A DNA stretch of 64,000 nucleotides from a virus (IMGVR_UViG_3300048995_000010:35351-99350); one strand, 5' to 3'; positions 25,843 to 36,412 are shown, counted from the stretch's first letter. Notes: a model not told the origin generated them from the sequence alone. Translations and numbers: made by a program.

Positions 25843-28715
25843 ATGAACAAGAACATCAATTCTACATCCAAACCATCTTCAAGAGCTACTTGGAATAGGC
25901 TCATAGCCATCCATTATAACACTTCTCTTGACCATCAGACTCGTGTTCAAGCTCATGTATTGCTCAACCAACTCAATACAGCTGGAGGTAAAGAACTCAT
26001 GGAACACGAAGCCATTTCATTCTGTAATAGAATAGAACAAACCTTCCAACCTACATTATGACACACTCAGAACACACCAATTCTACATGGCAACTACTCT
26101 CTACAGCACCCCTCGATGGTACTATCATACGTGGCAAGTGGGCTAACCAAGAGACTGAACTCGTCAGATATTCTCAAAAGAGATACACCTGGGATATAGC
26201 TGCACCAACTGAGTTCATATCTATGGGACCTGGATGGGTATCAGCTAATCCAAACTACAAGGATGCATGTATTGATCCACCACACGAGTGGAAACCACTA
26301 TAAACTCAGTCACATGCCACTATTACTACATCTGAAGAAGATCATCGGTTACCTATGGTGCGTATTCATCCATCAATGGGGTTGGTGGAAAATGAAAGAA
26401 CCGTATGGTCCCTATCATTGCAACAAATGTGGCAGAGTCCACAAATGGTTGGATAGTCACTTCAAATAACGAAAAGCCACTGTCACACGGTGGATAAACT
26501 ATGTGAACACTATGTCTATCACAGCTGGTACTACAACTGAGAAGGATTTACATCCAAATACTGGCAAGGATCAGCCAGCCAAGCCATTTGATTTTGCCAA
26601 GACTATTCAGTACTCACAGCCAAAGCGATCTTCTATGCAGAGTGAGCATACTATCCTCTTCAACAAAGGAAGATACTTTGAGACCTCTATCTATAGTCCC
26701 CAGATATTAACCGAGTTGTGTGAGCTTACTGGCTTCAAGCACCAGGATTCTAATATGATAGTACAACCATGGACAGACCTGGAAGACTTTGTAATAGCCA
26801 TGAACATCCTTGGTATCTACGTTGACATCACAGTAGATTGGATATAAAAACATTGTGACTACTCAGCTCTGTATATAAACACCTCAAAACTCACCGCTTA
26901 AAAGTGGGAATATTACGGTTGAGTACAGAGCTGAGTAGTCTAATTTCATTGCTAATCAAAAACATCACCACATGATCATACAATTACGTGATGGCGAGAC
27001 TTTACGAGCCACACAAATTCTGTTTAATTCCGGAGAAGACTTTATCAGTCACATCAATGAGGGACCAGAGTCATACACTACAGATATTGAAGACATATAC
27101 AGTGTATCAGATAACCCTGTACCCACGTCTGTTAACCTCTACCAACAGGTTAAGAACTACATACTCTCAAGCTGGTCTAAGCATTGTATTACCAGGGATG
27201 ATGGAGTACGACTGGAAGCAACCAATGGGAATAGAGCGATAATTTTCCTTCGACATTATGGAAGTACACCATTTCTATGGATTACTTCTAAAGGTAGTGT
27301 ACTTAGATTCAAGGGGTATATCCGTAACATAGAGGACTTCAAGCTATTATTTGAACTAACCAGTACACTGACTCCTTTTTAAAGCAACACTATGAACTGT
27401 ATGAAGAAGTGCTTTGATAGTAAAGAGCTTGCACTCAGTGCAATGAACTATCATAATGCTCAGGCTGATAAACACGGTTGGAAGATTATGAAATCAGTAT
27501 ACTTCTGCCCTAACCACCAGGCATGGCATCTCACTGCTATGAGTGATGGAGATGTCCGTAATGTACTGAGATTCGAAAAGAGTTTAGAGAAAAGTGGGAG
27601 TAAGATTCTACAGCGTATACAGGCACGATTTGATCACCACATGGAGATCTGCAAAAACAAACTCCTGTTGCCTGATGGTACTTACAGACAACCGGACGCC
27701 GAGAGTCATAAAGAACTCATGATTTCTCTGGTAGGCTTTAAGAAATGGCCAGTCAAATTCAAGTACGTAGAAATGTGGTGGTCGAGATTACCAGAACATC
27801 AAAAACACAAACCAAGTGAAACAACAACCATTACTCACACATGACCAGTTAGTTGACTGGCTCATCTACCACTGTCCTTTAAAGGATAGCAATATATCAT
27901 ATGTCCCATTTCTGGTAGAGTACTTCTCACCTGACACCTTGATTACTGTAAGAAACTCTGGGGATATTCCTTCACAAACATATAATCAGGTTGCTCTCGA
28001 AATACAGAGGTACTACAAAATACACCGGGAGATCACTGACCTATATTGGTACTGGACAATTTAAACTCATCATCATCATGACAAAAACAGAATACAAAAA
28101 CTTGAACACGGAGTTTACAGGATATACTGGAAAGAAGAAGATAATTTCACCGTGGGAGCTATCGGTAGTCTCTCAAACGGAGACAGATGGATCATGTCAG
28201 CGAACTGGATAAATACCAGTGTAGCAGGCCCTGAGAGTTCTGTCTGGGAGCTAATAGAAAGGATGGAACTTATTGAAAAGATGGACTATTATCAGAAACC
28301 GGAAGGAGAACATACTGCTCCACTTCTTCCCTACAGAATACAGATTAAAGATCAGCAGTTAGCAATCTCAAAGAGACCTAGTATTGTGATAACTGAATGG
28401 GGTGTAAGAATGTCTCTTCCTCACCTACTTGCTGCTCTTAAAGAGCGTGGCTACCAGATTACTGAGCCACCATCTAAAGCATTTACTGAAGTGAAAGAGT
28501 TCCTGGATACCCATGACTATTTTTCACGGGTTGACAGTATTGGTGATAGTATCTTCATCTATACTCACAGTGTGAAGGAAAGAAAGATATCTATATCCAG
28601 AACAGACTCACGGACTCAGATATCAGTTTTCATAAGGAACACTAATGATCCTGTTTTTGTAGGTCATGTAGAGTCTTTGAAAGAATTCGAACTGATCTGG
28701 AACCGTATTATATAA
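25843..28715 (+). CDS. Cluster of small early hypothetical genes (25843-26061, 26058-26303, 26314-26469, 26512-26847, 26972-27382, 27392-27844, 27816-28064, 28194-28715)
   Basis: Tightly packed co-oriented ORFs with A/C-rich Bacteroidota-type leaders; no recognisable domains. Confidence 0.55.
26468..26506 (+). promoter_or_regulatory. Leader H-type pseudoknot motif, copy 1
   Basis: AACGAAAAG-CCACTG-TCACA-CGGTGG-ATAAACTA-TGTGA; covaries with copy 2. Confidence 0.55.
26857..26940 (+). ncRNA. Intergenic element closed by a perfect 17-bp inverted repeat
   Basis: GACTACTCAGCTCTGTA / TACAGAGCTGAGTAGTC. Confidence 0.55.
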
Positions 28716-28731
28716 CTCTTAACTCATCACC

Positions 28732-29181
28732 ATGTACACACCTACAAAAAAGCAGTGGAATACTGTGATTGACAATCTCTACAAAATATTACCCCTCACA
28801 TTTGAAGCCGGTATAGGCCACCTGAATATGTCAGAAGGAAGTGTAAACGACGAACATACATGTGGCACTGTACACTGTCTGGGAGGTTGGTATGCCATAG
28901 CAGTATTCGATACAGACAGACGCAAGGTAACCTTTAGAGAGGGTGCCAATAAAATGGCCGAGGCTCTTGGGTTTAACCGTTACACTGATCTGGATCGATG
29001 GGCAGCATTACATCCCCATATTTGGGGGAATGGACATGGGCTCCACATGTTCTGTAGTAGGAATGCTTACGATTATGCTGAATCTATCTCCGACATCATT
29101 GTGTTTTTGGAGAAAGTGAGAGACCGGTCACCTGATGGTCCTGCACCATATCATCGTAATCCAGACAACTGGTTAGATTAA
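28732..29181 (+). CDS. Hypothetical protein with CGTxxCxxGW metal-binding motif
   Basis: HTCGTVHCLGGW. Confidence 0.65.
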   Translation: MYTPTKKQWNTVIDNLYKILPLTFEAGIGHLNMSEGSVNDEHTCGTVHCLGGWYAIAVFDTDRRKVTFREGANKMAEALGFNRYTDLDRWAALHPHIWGNGHGLHMFCSRNAYDYAESISDIIVFLEKVRDRSPDGPAPYHRNPDNWLD

Positions 29182-29188
29182 ACTTCTT

Positions 29189-29816
29189 GAGGACATCCTG
29201 TGGGAGAGATGGTAGTGTAATATCATCCTGCAGGGCTGATTGAGAATTAAATGACCTCAATCTGTAACGCGGATAAGTCATAAGCTGTGCCTACATCTGT
29301 ACTGCTTAGGGCGAATTTCAGGTTCGACTCCAGGTGTCCTTACAAGCATTGACTACTAAAAGCTGTGGTATCTCCCACGAGAGACATCGCGACACCCGAC
29401 CAGCTAAGGGTGACAGTTTAATGGTGGTGTAGTCAGTGCCACTCATTACCTTATGGGTTGAGGTACCCATATATAATTTGTGGCCACAGAGAATATGGGA
29501 ATAGGTAACGCCTTGTGGAGGGTTCGAATCCCTCTACTTCAACAAAGGCTGATGTGTCGTCTAACTGGCTAGGACGCCGGCAGGTATGTGGGTTCAAATC
29601 CCATCACATCAGCAAAGCTGATCATGTCATCACACTTGAATTGCTGTGTACGAGGGTTATATGAGCTAGTGTACTAAATTCCAGCCTGTATCATATAGCC
29701 ATGTGGTATTGATCAGCACAATAGAAGTGGTAAACCGGCTTCCCTACACGCGAGATCCAAGGGAATAATTAAGGCAATGTTCTGCGTATCATTGATCTAA
29801 CCGGAGCCACTTCTCA
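29189..29816 (+). ncRNA. Array of six end-paired structured RNAs, three with T-loops (tRNA-like)
   Basis: Terminal stems at 29189-29341, 29346-29439, 29457-29543, 29548-29613, 29617-29717 and 29723-29814; mostly short A-rich spacers; no plus-strand ORF. Confidence 0.75.
29548..29614 (+). tRNA. tRNA-like RNA lacking an anticodon arm
   Basis: 9-bp acceptor GCTGATGTG/CACATCAGC; D-arm CGTC-TAACTGGCTAG-GACG; T-arm GTGGG-TTCAAAT-CCCAT; only CCGGCAGG where the anticodon arm should be. Confidence 0.7.
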
Positions 29817-29822
29817 TTTTTA

Positions 29823-29855
29823 AACGAAAAGCCACTGGCACGTGGTAAACTGCCA
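29823..29855 (+). promoter_or_regulatory. Leader H-type pseudoknot motif, copy 2
   Basis: AACGAAAAG-CCAC-TGGCAC-GTGG-TAAAC-TGCCA just before the ATG at 29863. Confidence 0.55.
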
Positions 29856-29862
29856 AAAACAA

Positions 29863-32435
29863 ATGACAATTACATTCACTCATGGAGCTGTACTTGTAGC
29901 CAAGTCAGCCCATATTCTCACAACTCCTATTGACGGATTAGCTGTTGATCCTATAGATGATAAGCCAGATCTGTACTACTTAATTGATATCAAGTCGATT
30001 CTGCCTACTACAAAACAAAAGGCGCCTACAGATCTACAGACACAATTTACCCGGCACTTACAGGATCGAGATTATGTGTGGGATAAGAAACATTCTACAG
30101 CTGCTGCCGGTGTTATACTCAAGAGACAATCAGATGGTGACTTCTGGCTCTTTGGGCTGGACGGTGAGATCATGCACAATCCTGAAGCATTACTAACTGT
30201 TCAACTATAAAAGAATCATCATGAAATACCATATATGGTCTGAAGGTTTTGCAACTACTGGACAATCGGGACAAGCTATGTGTCATACAGATAAACCTAT
30301 AGAAGCTGAATCCTTTAACGAAGCTGTTAGGATCTTTGCAGATGCTAATCCAGACTTTGATGAAAGTCTTGTACGTCATAAAGATGGTCGATGGACATAC
30401 TGGGGCTGTAACTTATTCGATAATGAGACAGATGCCCGTAAATCATTTGGATAACTTCTTTTCGTTTACTCCAATATCCCTAGCGGTGAGGAGTAAACAT
30501 TATTTCAAAAACAAAAGCAATGACAAATCCCTGGATACGGATCATAGAGACTCCACCACCCCAGAATCAAGTAGTCGAAACCAAAGTAGATGACCTGGAG
30601 GGTCTCAGGAATCTACAGAATCTGAAATTGGTAGATAAACTCTGGTTCTTAGCTGATGGTAGTATGTATGTCTATTATACACCAACGCATTGGCGTCTAA
30701 ACCCATAATTCATGTCAGATATCAAAGTATATAGAACAGAGAAGAACTTCCCCAACAGTAAAATACCTGAGGGCTTTGAATCTTTCAAGTCCAACCTAAA
30801 GGAGATCCATATGATCAATAGTAGAAAGAAGAATCCTTCACTGGTATTTATTACTGAGGATCAAAAAGGCCACTTTGGTATACAGAACCGGATAGAAGTG
30901 TCCTTTGAGGATTTGAACAAGGCCCTGGCCGAACTGGGCTATACACTCTATCAACCTTAAAACATGAAGACAATCATTGAATACCAGTGTGAGATCTGTC
31001 AAAGAACATATTCATCTGAGAAGCAAGCCTTTCAGTGTGAAGCTCGCGGGGTATTTACTGGAGAAAACTATCCTGTAGGTCTAATGTACAGTTACAGTCA
31101 TAATGGATTTGTTGGAATTTTTGCTATAGCACCTTCTACATTTGAACGTATGGGAGATCATTTTGCTAAAATGGTATCCTGGGCTTGTAGAGCACCTGGA
31201 TGCCCTGACAGCTTAGGAAGTGAGGTGTGTTCTGCTGGTAACACTATAGACAATTCTCCAGTAGCCTTCAGAAATTGGATATCAGTCAGTTATATTCCGG
31301 CTGACCGGGTTGATGGCCCGGAGTTTGCCCGCATGGTTCAATTTTTGAAAAGCCGGGGCCTTATACCCAGGTACTACGATCACAATCTAAAACGCATAGA
31401 ATTATGACACAGCAAAAACAAAGGCAACCAGGACAGTACTGGGTGAAATTCCTGGAGTTTTCCAACACCTGGATAGTAGCTTCCTGGAAAGATAATGCCT
31501 GGGAACTCCCCACTATACCCTCAACATATGGGGATCATATGATGTTGGAGATCGATGAGACTCCAGTCACCCGGGAACCAAAAACAGAACCTAAAAAGTC
31601 TATACTGGCTAATTTAGAGTATACCTGGCCTGATGGAAGTATGATCCAGACAGCAATGGAGATGATACAACTCAATATGGGGTGGATCATTCGCGATCTT
31701 TCTGTTCAGGTAGAGCGTATAGCACTGGCTCAGGAGCCTCAAAGAGAAGCTACACTCCAGCTCTCCTACCAGGTGGAACGTATTGCCAATGCTCTTGAGA
31801 GCAAAAATGAGCCTCTCAAACTAAAGAAGAAACTGTCCTATCAAGAAGTTCTTGATGTAGCCAAGAAGCTCTCTGAGGATAACCAAGAAGAACAACAGGA
31901 AGGAGTGACTGGTCCAGCCCTTGAGCTGGCTAAGAAGCTGGTGGAGTCCTGGAACAAACCTCATAGCAATCCACCGGTGATAGACCTGCCAAAGCTGTGG
32001 AAAGAGTGTGGAGAGGATAAATGGAAGTTTGGAGATCATATATGTACTCTCATGAATCAGGGTTCTGTTTTTGGTCATATCAAGCCCAAAGAAGGTGGGT
32101 ATAGACCTGCAGGACCTGGAGTAACCTTGGAACCTTCAGCCTACGACAAGAATCATCCTGATTACAAAGGGGATCTGGGAGCTGTACAAAAACAGAACCC
32201 AACTACCTGGATACAGTGGCAGTTTTTAATTGAAACACCTTATTCGAAACTCTCACATGAATATCCATTCTATCAGGTAGCTGCCGGTTCTACTGTGGTA
32301 AAGTATAAAGTATGGCTCCCAAAAGGGGTATCTGTGGGACGATGGTATCATGCATATAATGTTAAATTCATTTCGGAAGCCTCTCAGCCAATTTTTGGCC
32401 CTGATTTCCCGAGACCGGACTGGTGGGAAGGATAG
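29863..32435 (+). CDS. Cluster of hypothetical genes (29863-30210, 30221-30454, 30520-30708, 30712-30960, 30964-31407, 31404-32435)
   Basis: Co-oriented abutting ORFs; 30964 has an N-terminal CEIC Zn-finger-like motif. Confidence 0.6.
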
Positions 32436-32575
32436 TCTCTGTCTATAAGAGATAGAAATGAAACCCGCCATGGGTGTGGGTTCTATAGGGTATAAGGGGT
32501 AGTTTTCTACACCTTTTTTGATCGAAAGGGTAAAAAACTGCCCTTTTTTCGACCAAAAGTATGTAAATTCATCCC

Positions 32576-33139
32576 ATGAACAAACCCGAGAAACTTCCGG
32601 CCCGTGAGATGCTACTGGCATTTGCAGAACAGCTTGAGGGTTGTTCCTATCAACGTGAGATAGTCAAGGAAAATTACTCTCTAAGGGCTTATAAACGAGA
32701 GGGTTTAGGAGCCCGATCTATTGCTGTAGATTTACAGTTTTCTCAAATTGCAATGGATTGGCTTCAACACCTTTCAAAAACTGCTCAAATATTCATTGTC
32801 AGTTACCTACTCCCAAATATCAAGATGTATAACCTATTATGGCATTTTCCTACTCCAACAAAGAAGACTGAGAAGATTGCTATTAAGGAGTTGGTCGATA
32901 AGCACATAATTTTCCGAACTGAGGTTCCCTCTATCTACCTGATCAATCCTACCAAGCTGTGGCGGGGGACAATTTTTGGTGCAATAGAAGCCACCAGAAG
33001 ACTCCTCTTTGAACACAGGCGTCCTTCTTTGGAGATAATTATTGATCTCAAGGCTCCACGTAGTAGTCAACGAACTGGAGAGGACGAGATGATACTCATG
33101 AATAGTAATGGAATGACTCCGAAATTGTTAGATTTATAA
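32576..33139 (+). CDS. RepL-like winged-helix DNA-binding protein
   Basis: AIKELVDKHIIFRT...YLINPTKLWRG matches the RepL-family C-terminal pattern. Confidence 0.6.
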   Translation: MNKPEKLPAREMLLAFAEQLEGCSYQREIVKENYSLRAYKREGLGARSIAVDLQFSQIAMDWLQHLSKTAQIFIVSYLLPNIKMYNLLWHFPTPTKKTEKIAIKELVDKHIIFRTEVPSIYLINPTKLWRGTIFGAIEATRRLLFEHRRPSLEIIIDLKAPRSSQRTGEDEMILMNSNGMTPKLLDL

Positions 33140-33158
33140 ACTCAAAAATCATCACCAT

Positions 33159-33734
33159 ATGAACAGACCTAAATTATACCACCGTACAGTGGGTATTCTG
33201 TACAACGCTTATTTCAAGGATACACTCCAACATGGAGACTGTTGTGCCTGTGCTGTAGGCAATATTGTCGCATCGAACATGAATTACAAGATCATTTTTT
33301 CAGAGAAAGGTTATCGCCGGGGTACTTGGATGAATCAAAAAGGGGAAGAACTGGACTATCCTGGGGTAGCCATCTATAAGGATGTACCCTTTGGGCCAAT
33401 CCCAAGAACTTACAATGGTTGGGGAGCTTTTGTTGCTACTAGTGCAGGCACTCAGGGGATAGATTGGGAGTGTCTAAATGAACCTAAGGTTGCTGAACAG
33501 GTTAAGGCTACCGGTTATACCCCTCATGAGATTATCCTTATTGAAGCTGCTTTCGAATCTGCCAGAGGTTATGGATTCGAAGCTAGAATGTTCGATGGTC
33601 TATGTAAAGTGCTTGATGCACTCGAAGCAATCCATAAAGTACACCATCAGGAGACTATCGATCAGAAGAAACATTTTTCTGGACACTATCAAACCCGGGT
33701 GTATGCAGGGAAATCCACCGTTTGTAGTAGGTGA
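33159..33734 (+). CDS. Hypothetical protein with CCACAVG motif
   Basis: 191-aa ORF with a good leader. Confidence 0.6.
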   Translation: MNRPKLYHRTVGILYNAYFKDTLQHGDCCACAVGNIVASNMNYKIIFSEKGYRRGTWMNQKGEELDYPGVAIYKDVPFGPIPRTYNGWGAFVATSAGTQGIDWECLNEPKVAEQVKATGYTPHEIILIEAAFESARGYGFEARMFDGLCKVLDALEAIHKVHHQETIDQKKHFSGHYQTRVYAGKSTVCSR

Positions 33735-34023
33735 TAAAGTAATCAGAATAGGTGCAAGTTACCCTGAGTGGAACATGTACAAGGGTGGAGAGTATGTTAT
33801 TGACAGTATATTCTGGTGTTGTGACCATTATGGATGGAAAGTAGTAATTCTTGGTACAGAGCATCCAAACTGTGTTAGCTCGAAGTGTGAACATTGTCGC
33901 CAGAATAATCCAGTTGCTACCTGGTTAGCCAAACTGTTTGTCAAAGCAGATGAAGGTTCTGAATATACAGTAGAATCTCTGCTGGAAGAACTCTCTGAAG
34001 TCAAAGAACCAGTCCTTGTCTGA
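33703..34023 (+). CDS. Small Cys-rich SH3-like hypothetical protein
   Basis: FVVGDKV start; CC and CEHC motifs. Confidence 0.5.
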   Translation: MQGNPPFVVGDKVIRIGASYPEWNMYKGGEYVIDSIFWCCDHYGWKVVILGTEHPNCVSSKCEHCRQNNPVATWLAKLFVKADEGSEYTVESLLEELSEVKEPVLV

Positions 34024-34066
34024 TTTTTGAATCCCCTTATTTAATAACACACATACAAAAACAATC

Positions 34067-35080
34067 ATGAAAAAATTGACTTTAATCCTGTCCCTGTTTC
34101 TATTATCAGTGACGGGATGGGCTCAGTGTACTATCACTCAGCCCACTATTATGAATCCCTCTTATAGCGGGAGTATCTTTCATTTCTCACTGAACTTTAA
34201 GCACGAACGTAATGCCGGTAATAAGTGGGTGACTATCCACATGTGGAAAAGTGGTCAGTATCCCGGATATGACTACGATAATCCACCTACTACAACCAGG
34301 CTTGGGGGTATATCAAAAAGACCACTTGGAACTATAGTGATCAACAACACAAATGTGTCTGGTAGTGGTACTTATACTGCCGGGCAGGCTTTCTCAGCTA
34401 CCTACCAGAATGATGGAGCATTTGTTATGATCAATACCAGCTCCAGTACTTTGGTGTACAACAAAAACACAGATAGTTACACTCTGAATAATCTGCAGTT
34501 ATCATTGCCAACAGGTACTAGTGTACTAAAGTTTGATACCTGGTCATCTCAGAGCTCTGGCAACCAGAATGTACACTGCTATTGTAGTGGGGGTTCTATT
34601 CTCGTACCCAGTACATTGGGAGTTACAGGACTGGAAACTTTTAAGGGAGTCAAGAATGGTACTAATATAGTGTTTACCTGGACCACCCAGATGGAAGCAA
34701 ATAACTCCCATTTTATGCTCCGTAAACTCCTGGATGGAGAGTGGACTGATATGGCCATGATAGTATCTCAGCATGAGGATGGTAATAGTGTGATGCCCAC
34801 CAGTTATAGCTTTGAGTTTAATACCAAGGATAAACAACGCTCAGGTGAGAGAACAGTAGCCATACTTGCTATAGCATTACTGGCTGCAGTTTCCATGAGG
34901 AATCTGGTGCCAGCCAGATTGACTATGCTCATTTGTATTATGGGAGTCACATTCAATAATGTAGCATGCAAACAAGAGAATCCTGGAGAATCTCTCGAAG
35001 TAGATGGTCAGTATCAACTCAAACAGGTAGATAAGAATGGTGCTACTGCCTATAGTAGAACTGTGACGATCTATCCATAA
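34067..35080 (+). CDS. Exported protein with Bacteroidota T9SS-substrate-type Ig-like domain
   Basis: Signal peptide; LGVTGLETF..FTWTTQMEANNSHF..YQLKQVDKNG..YS pattern; TM hairpin inserted. Confidence 0.7.
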   Translation: MKKLTLILSLFLLSVTGWAQCTITQPTIMNPSYSGSIFHFSLNFKHERNAGNKWVTIHMWKSGQYPGYDYDNPPTTTRLGGISKRPLGTIVINNTNVSGSGTYTAGQAFSATYQNDGAFVMINTSSSTLVYNKNTDSYTLNNLQLSLPTGTSVLKFDTWSSQSSGNQNVHCYCSGGSILVPSTLGVTGLETFKGVKNGTNIVFTWTTQMEANNSHFMLRKLLDGEWTDMAMIVSQHEDGNSVMPTSYSFEFNTKDKQRSGERTVAILAIALLAAVSMRNLVPARLTMLICIMGVTFNNVACKQENPGESLEVDGQYQLKQVDKNGATAYSRTVTIYP

Positions 35081-35181
35081 GTTCTCATGTACCAGGAAGC
35101 GGCCGGCCAGGGAGTATTGTCTTTGCAGACTCCTACTCTCCTGGCTTCGGGCCGATTTTCATCACCACCAAACTGATTTCT

Positions 35182-36412
35182 ATGCATCCCGACAAACTTA
35201 AGACATCATTTCAAAAACAATGGCAGAACATATCCTTATGGTTCAAGTACCTACTGATCTCTATGCTCTGCATGTGGTTATGTATGGTGTTGATAACCGT
35301 ATGGCTTGTCATCCATATTATCAAAGACCATGACACAAACACCATTAAAAATCAAAAAGCTGTCCACTGTGGAGACAGTACGTTATCTGGGACCTACTTC
35401 ACTGGGAGAACATGGCGTCTACCTGATAAATCTGATAGATAGTGACAGCCAGACAACTGTAAAGATGGAATTCAGTCTGGAAGCTCTGTCTCAACTCAAG
35501 ACTCGTATTGAAGCAGCCTTTGAACATATGAAATCACATTAACTCATCGTGGTGATGAAACGAGGCTGGTCATCGCAAGGTGGCTGGCCTTTGTTTTTGA
35601 ATCTCACCAAAAATCCCTCTATGAACTGGAAAGCTATAGGATTCTCTCTTGTATATCTCACTGCCCTGGCTATAGTACTCTACTGGATTTATGCCAGGTC
35701 CATTACTGCTACCAAGCGTCAGATGGGTAATATCACTTATCTGATCTTTGAGAGAGGTAATAACTTATCTGTAGTCAACTACACCTCTGACTCGATGGAA
35801 TGGGAATTCCTTCATCAACCTACAAAAACACAATCAAATGAACCAGACAGCTTCTTCCCTGATCACAGTGAGCTTAAGCAAGTTCAACAACCAGAGTAGA
35901 CAGTATGGAGAGTACCGGAAGATCCAGGTACCAAAAGCTGATGCCAGGATTGCCACTCAGGCTATAAAGGCCATGGGACTTCGGAAGGTGGAAACTTTCT
36001 TTCTGTATAACTGGGAGATAGACGGCCAGAGACATGAATTGTATGCACTATCTCCTTTTGTTTTTGATCACATTGAATCACGACAAATCCATATGACATG
36101 AACGAAGAAAGAATACCCACAGCTGAAAGGTTAATAACTAAAGAGGTCAAAAGGGACATTGGAGACCTAAAGGCATATTTACTCACTACAGAGAGGGTGA
36201 TTACCCTTATGCAAGAGTTTGCCAAGCTCCATGTAGCCGCTGCACTCAAGGCACAAGCTGCTCAGGTCATCAAATGTTGGGAGATTCTCCCAGGAGGTAA
36301 GTCGTATCCAGGTCCCATTATTGCCCATTGGCTGAAGGATACCATGAAGCCTCTAATTGATAGCCTCAGAGAAGGAACTGTACCAGCTCATTCACTAGAA
36401 AACATTAAGTAG
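35182..36412 (+). CDS. Small hypothetical genes (35182-35442 TM, 35330-35542, 35621-35899 TM, 35838-36101, 36098-36412)
   Basis: Overlapping or abutting co-oriented ORFs. Confidence 0.5.

Noticed and set aside
29189-29816. CRISPR array or mini-array
   Set aside because: No repeated direct repeat; units share architecture, not sequence; no cas genes
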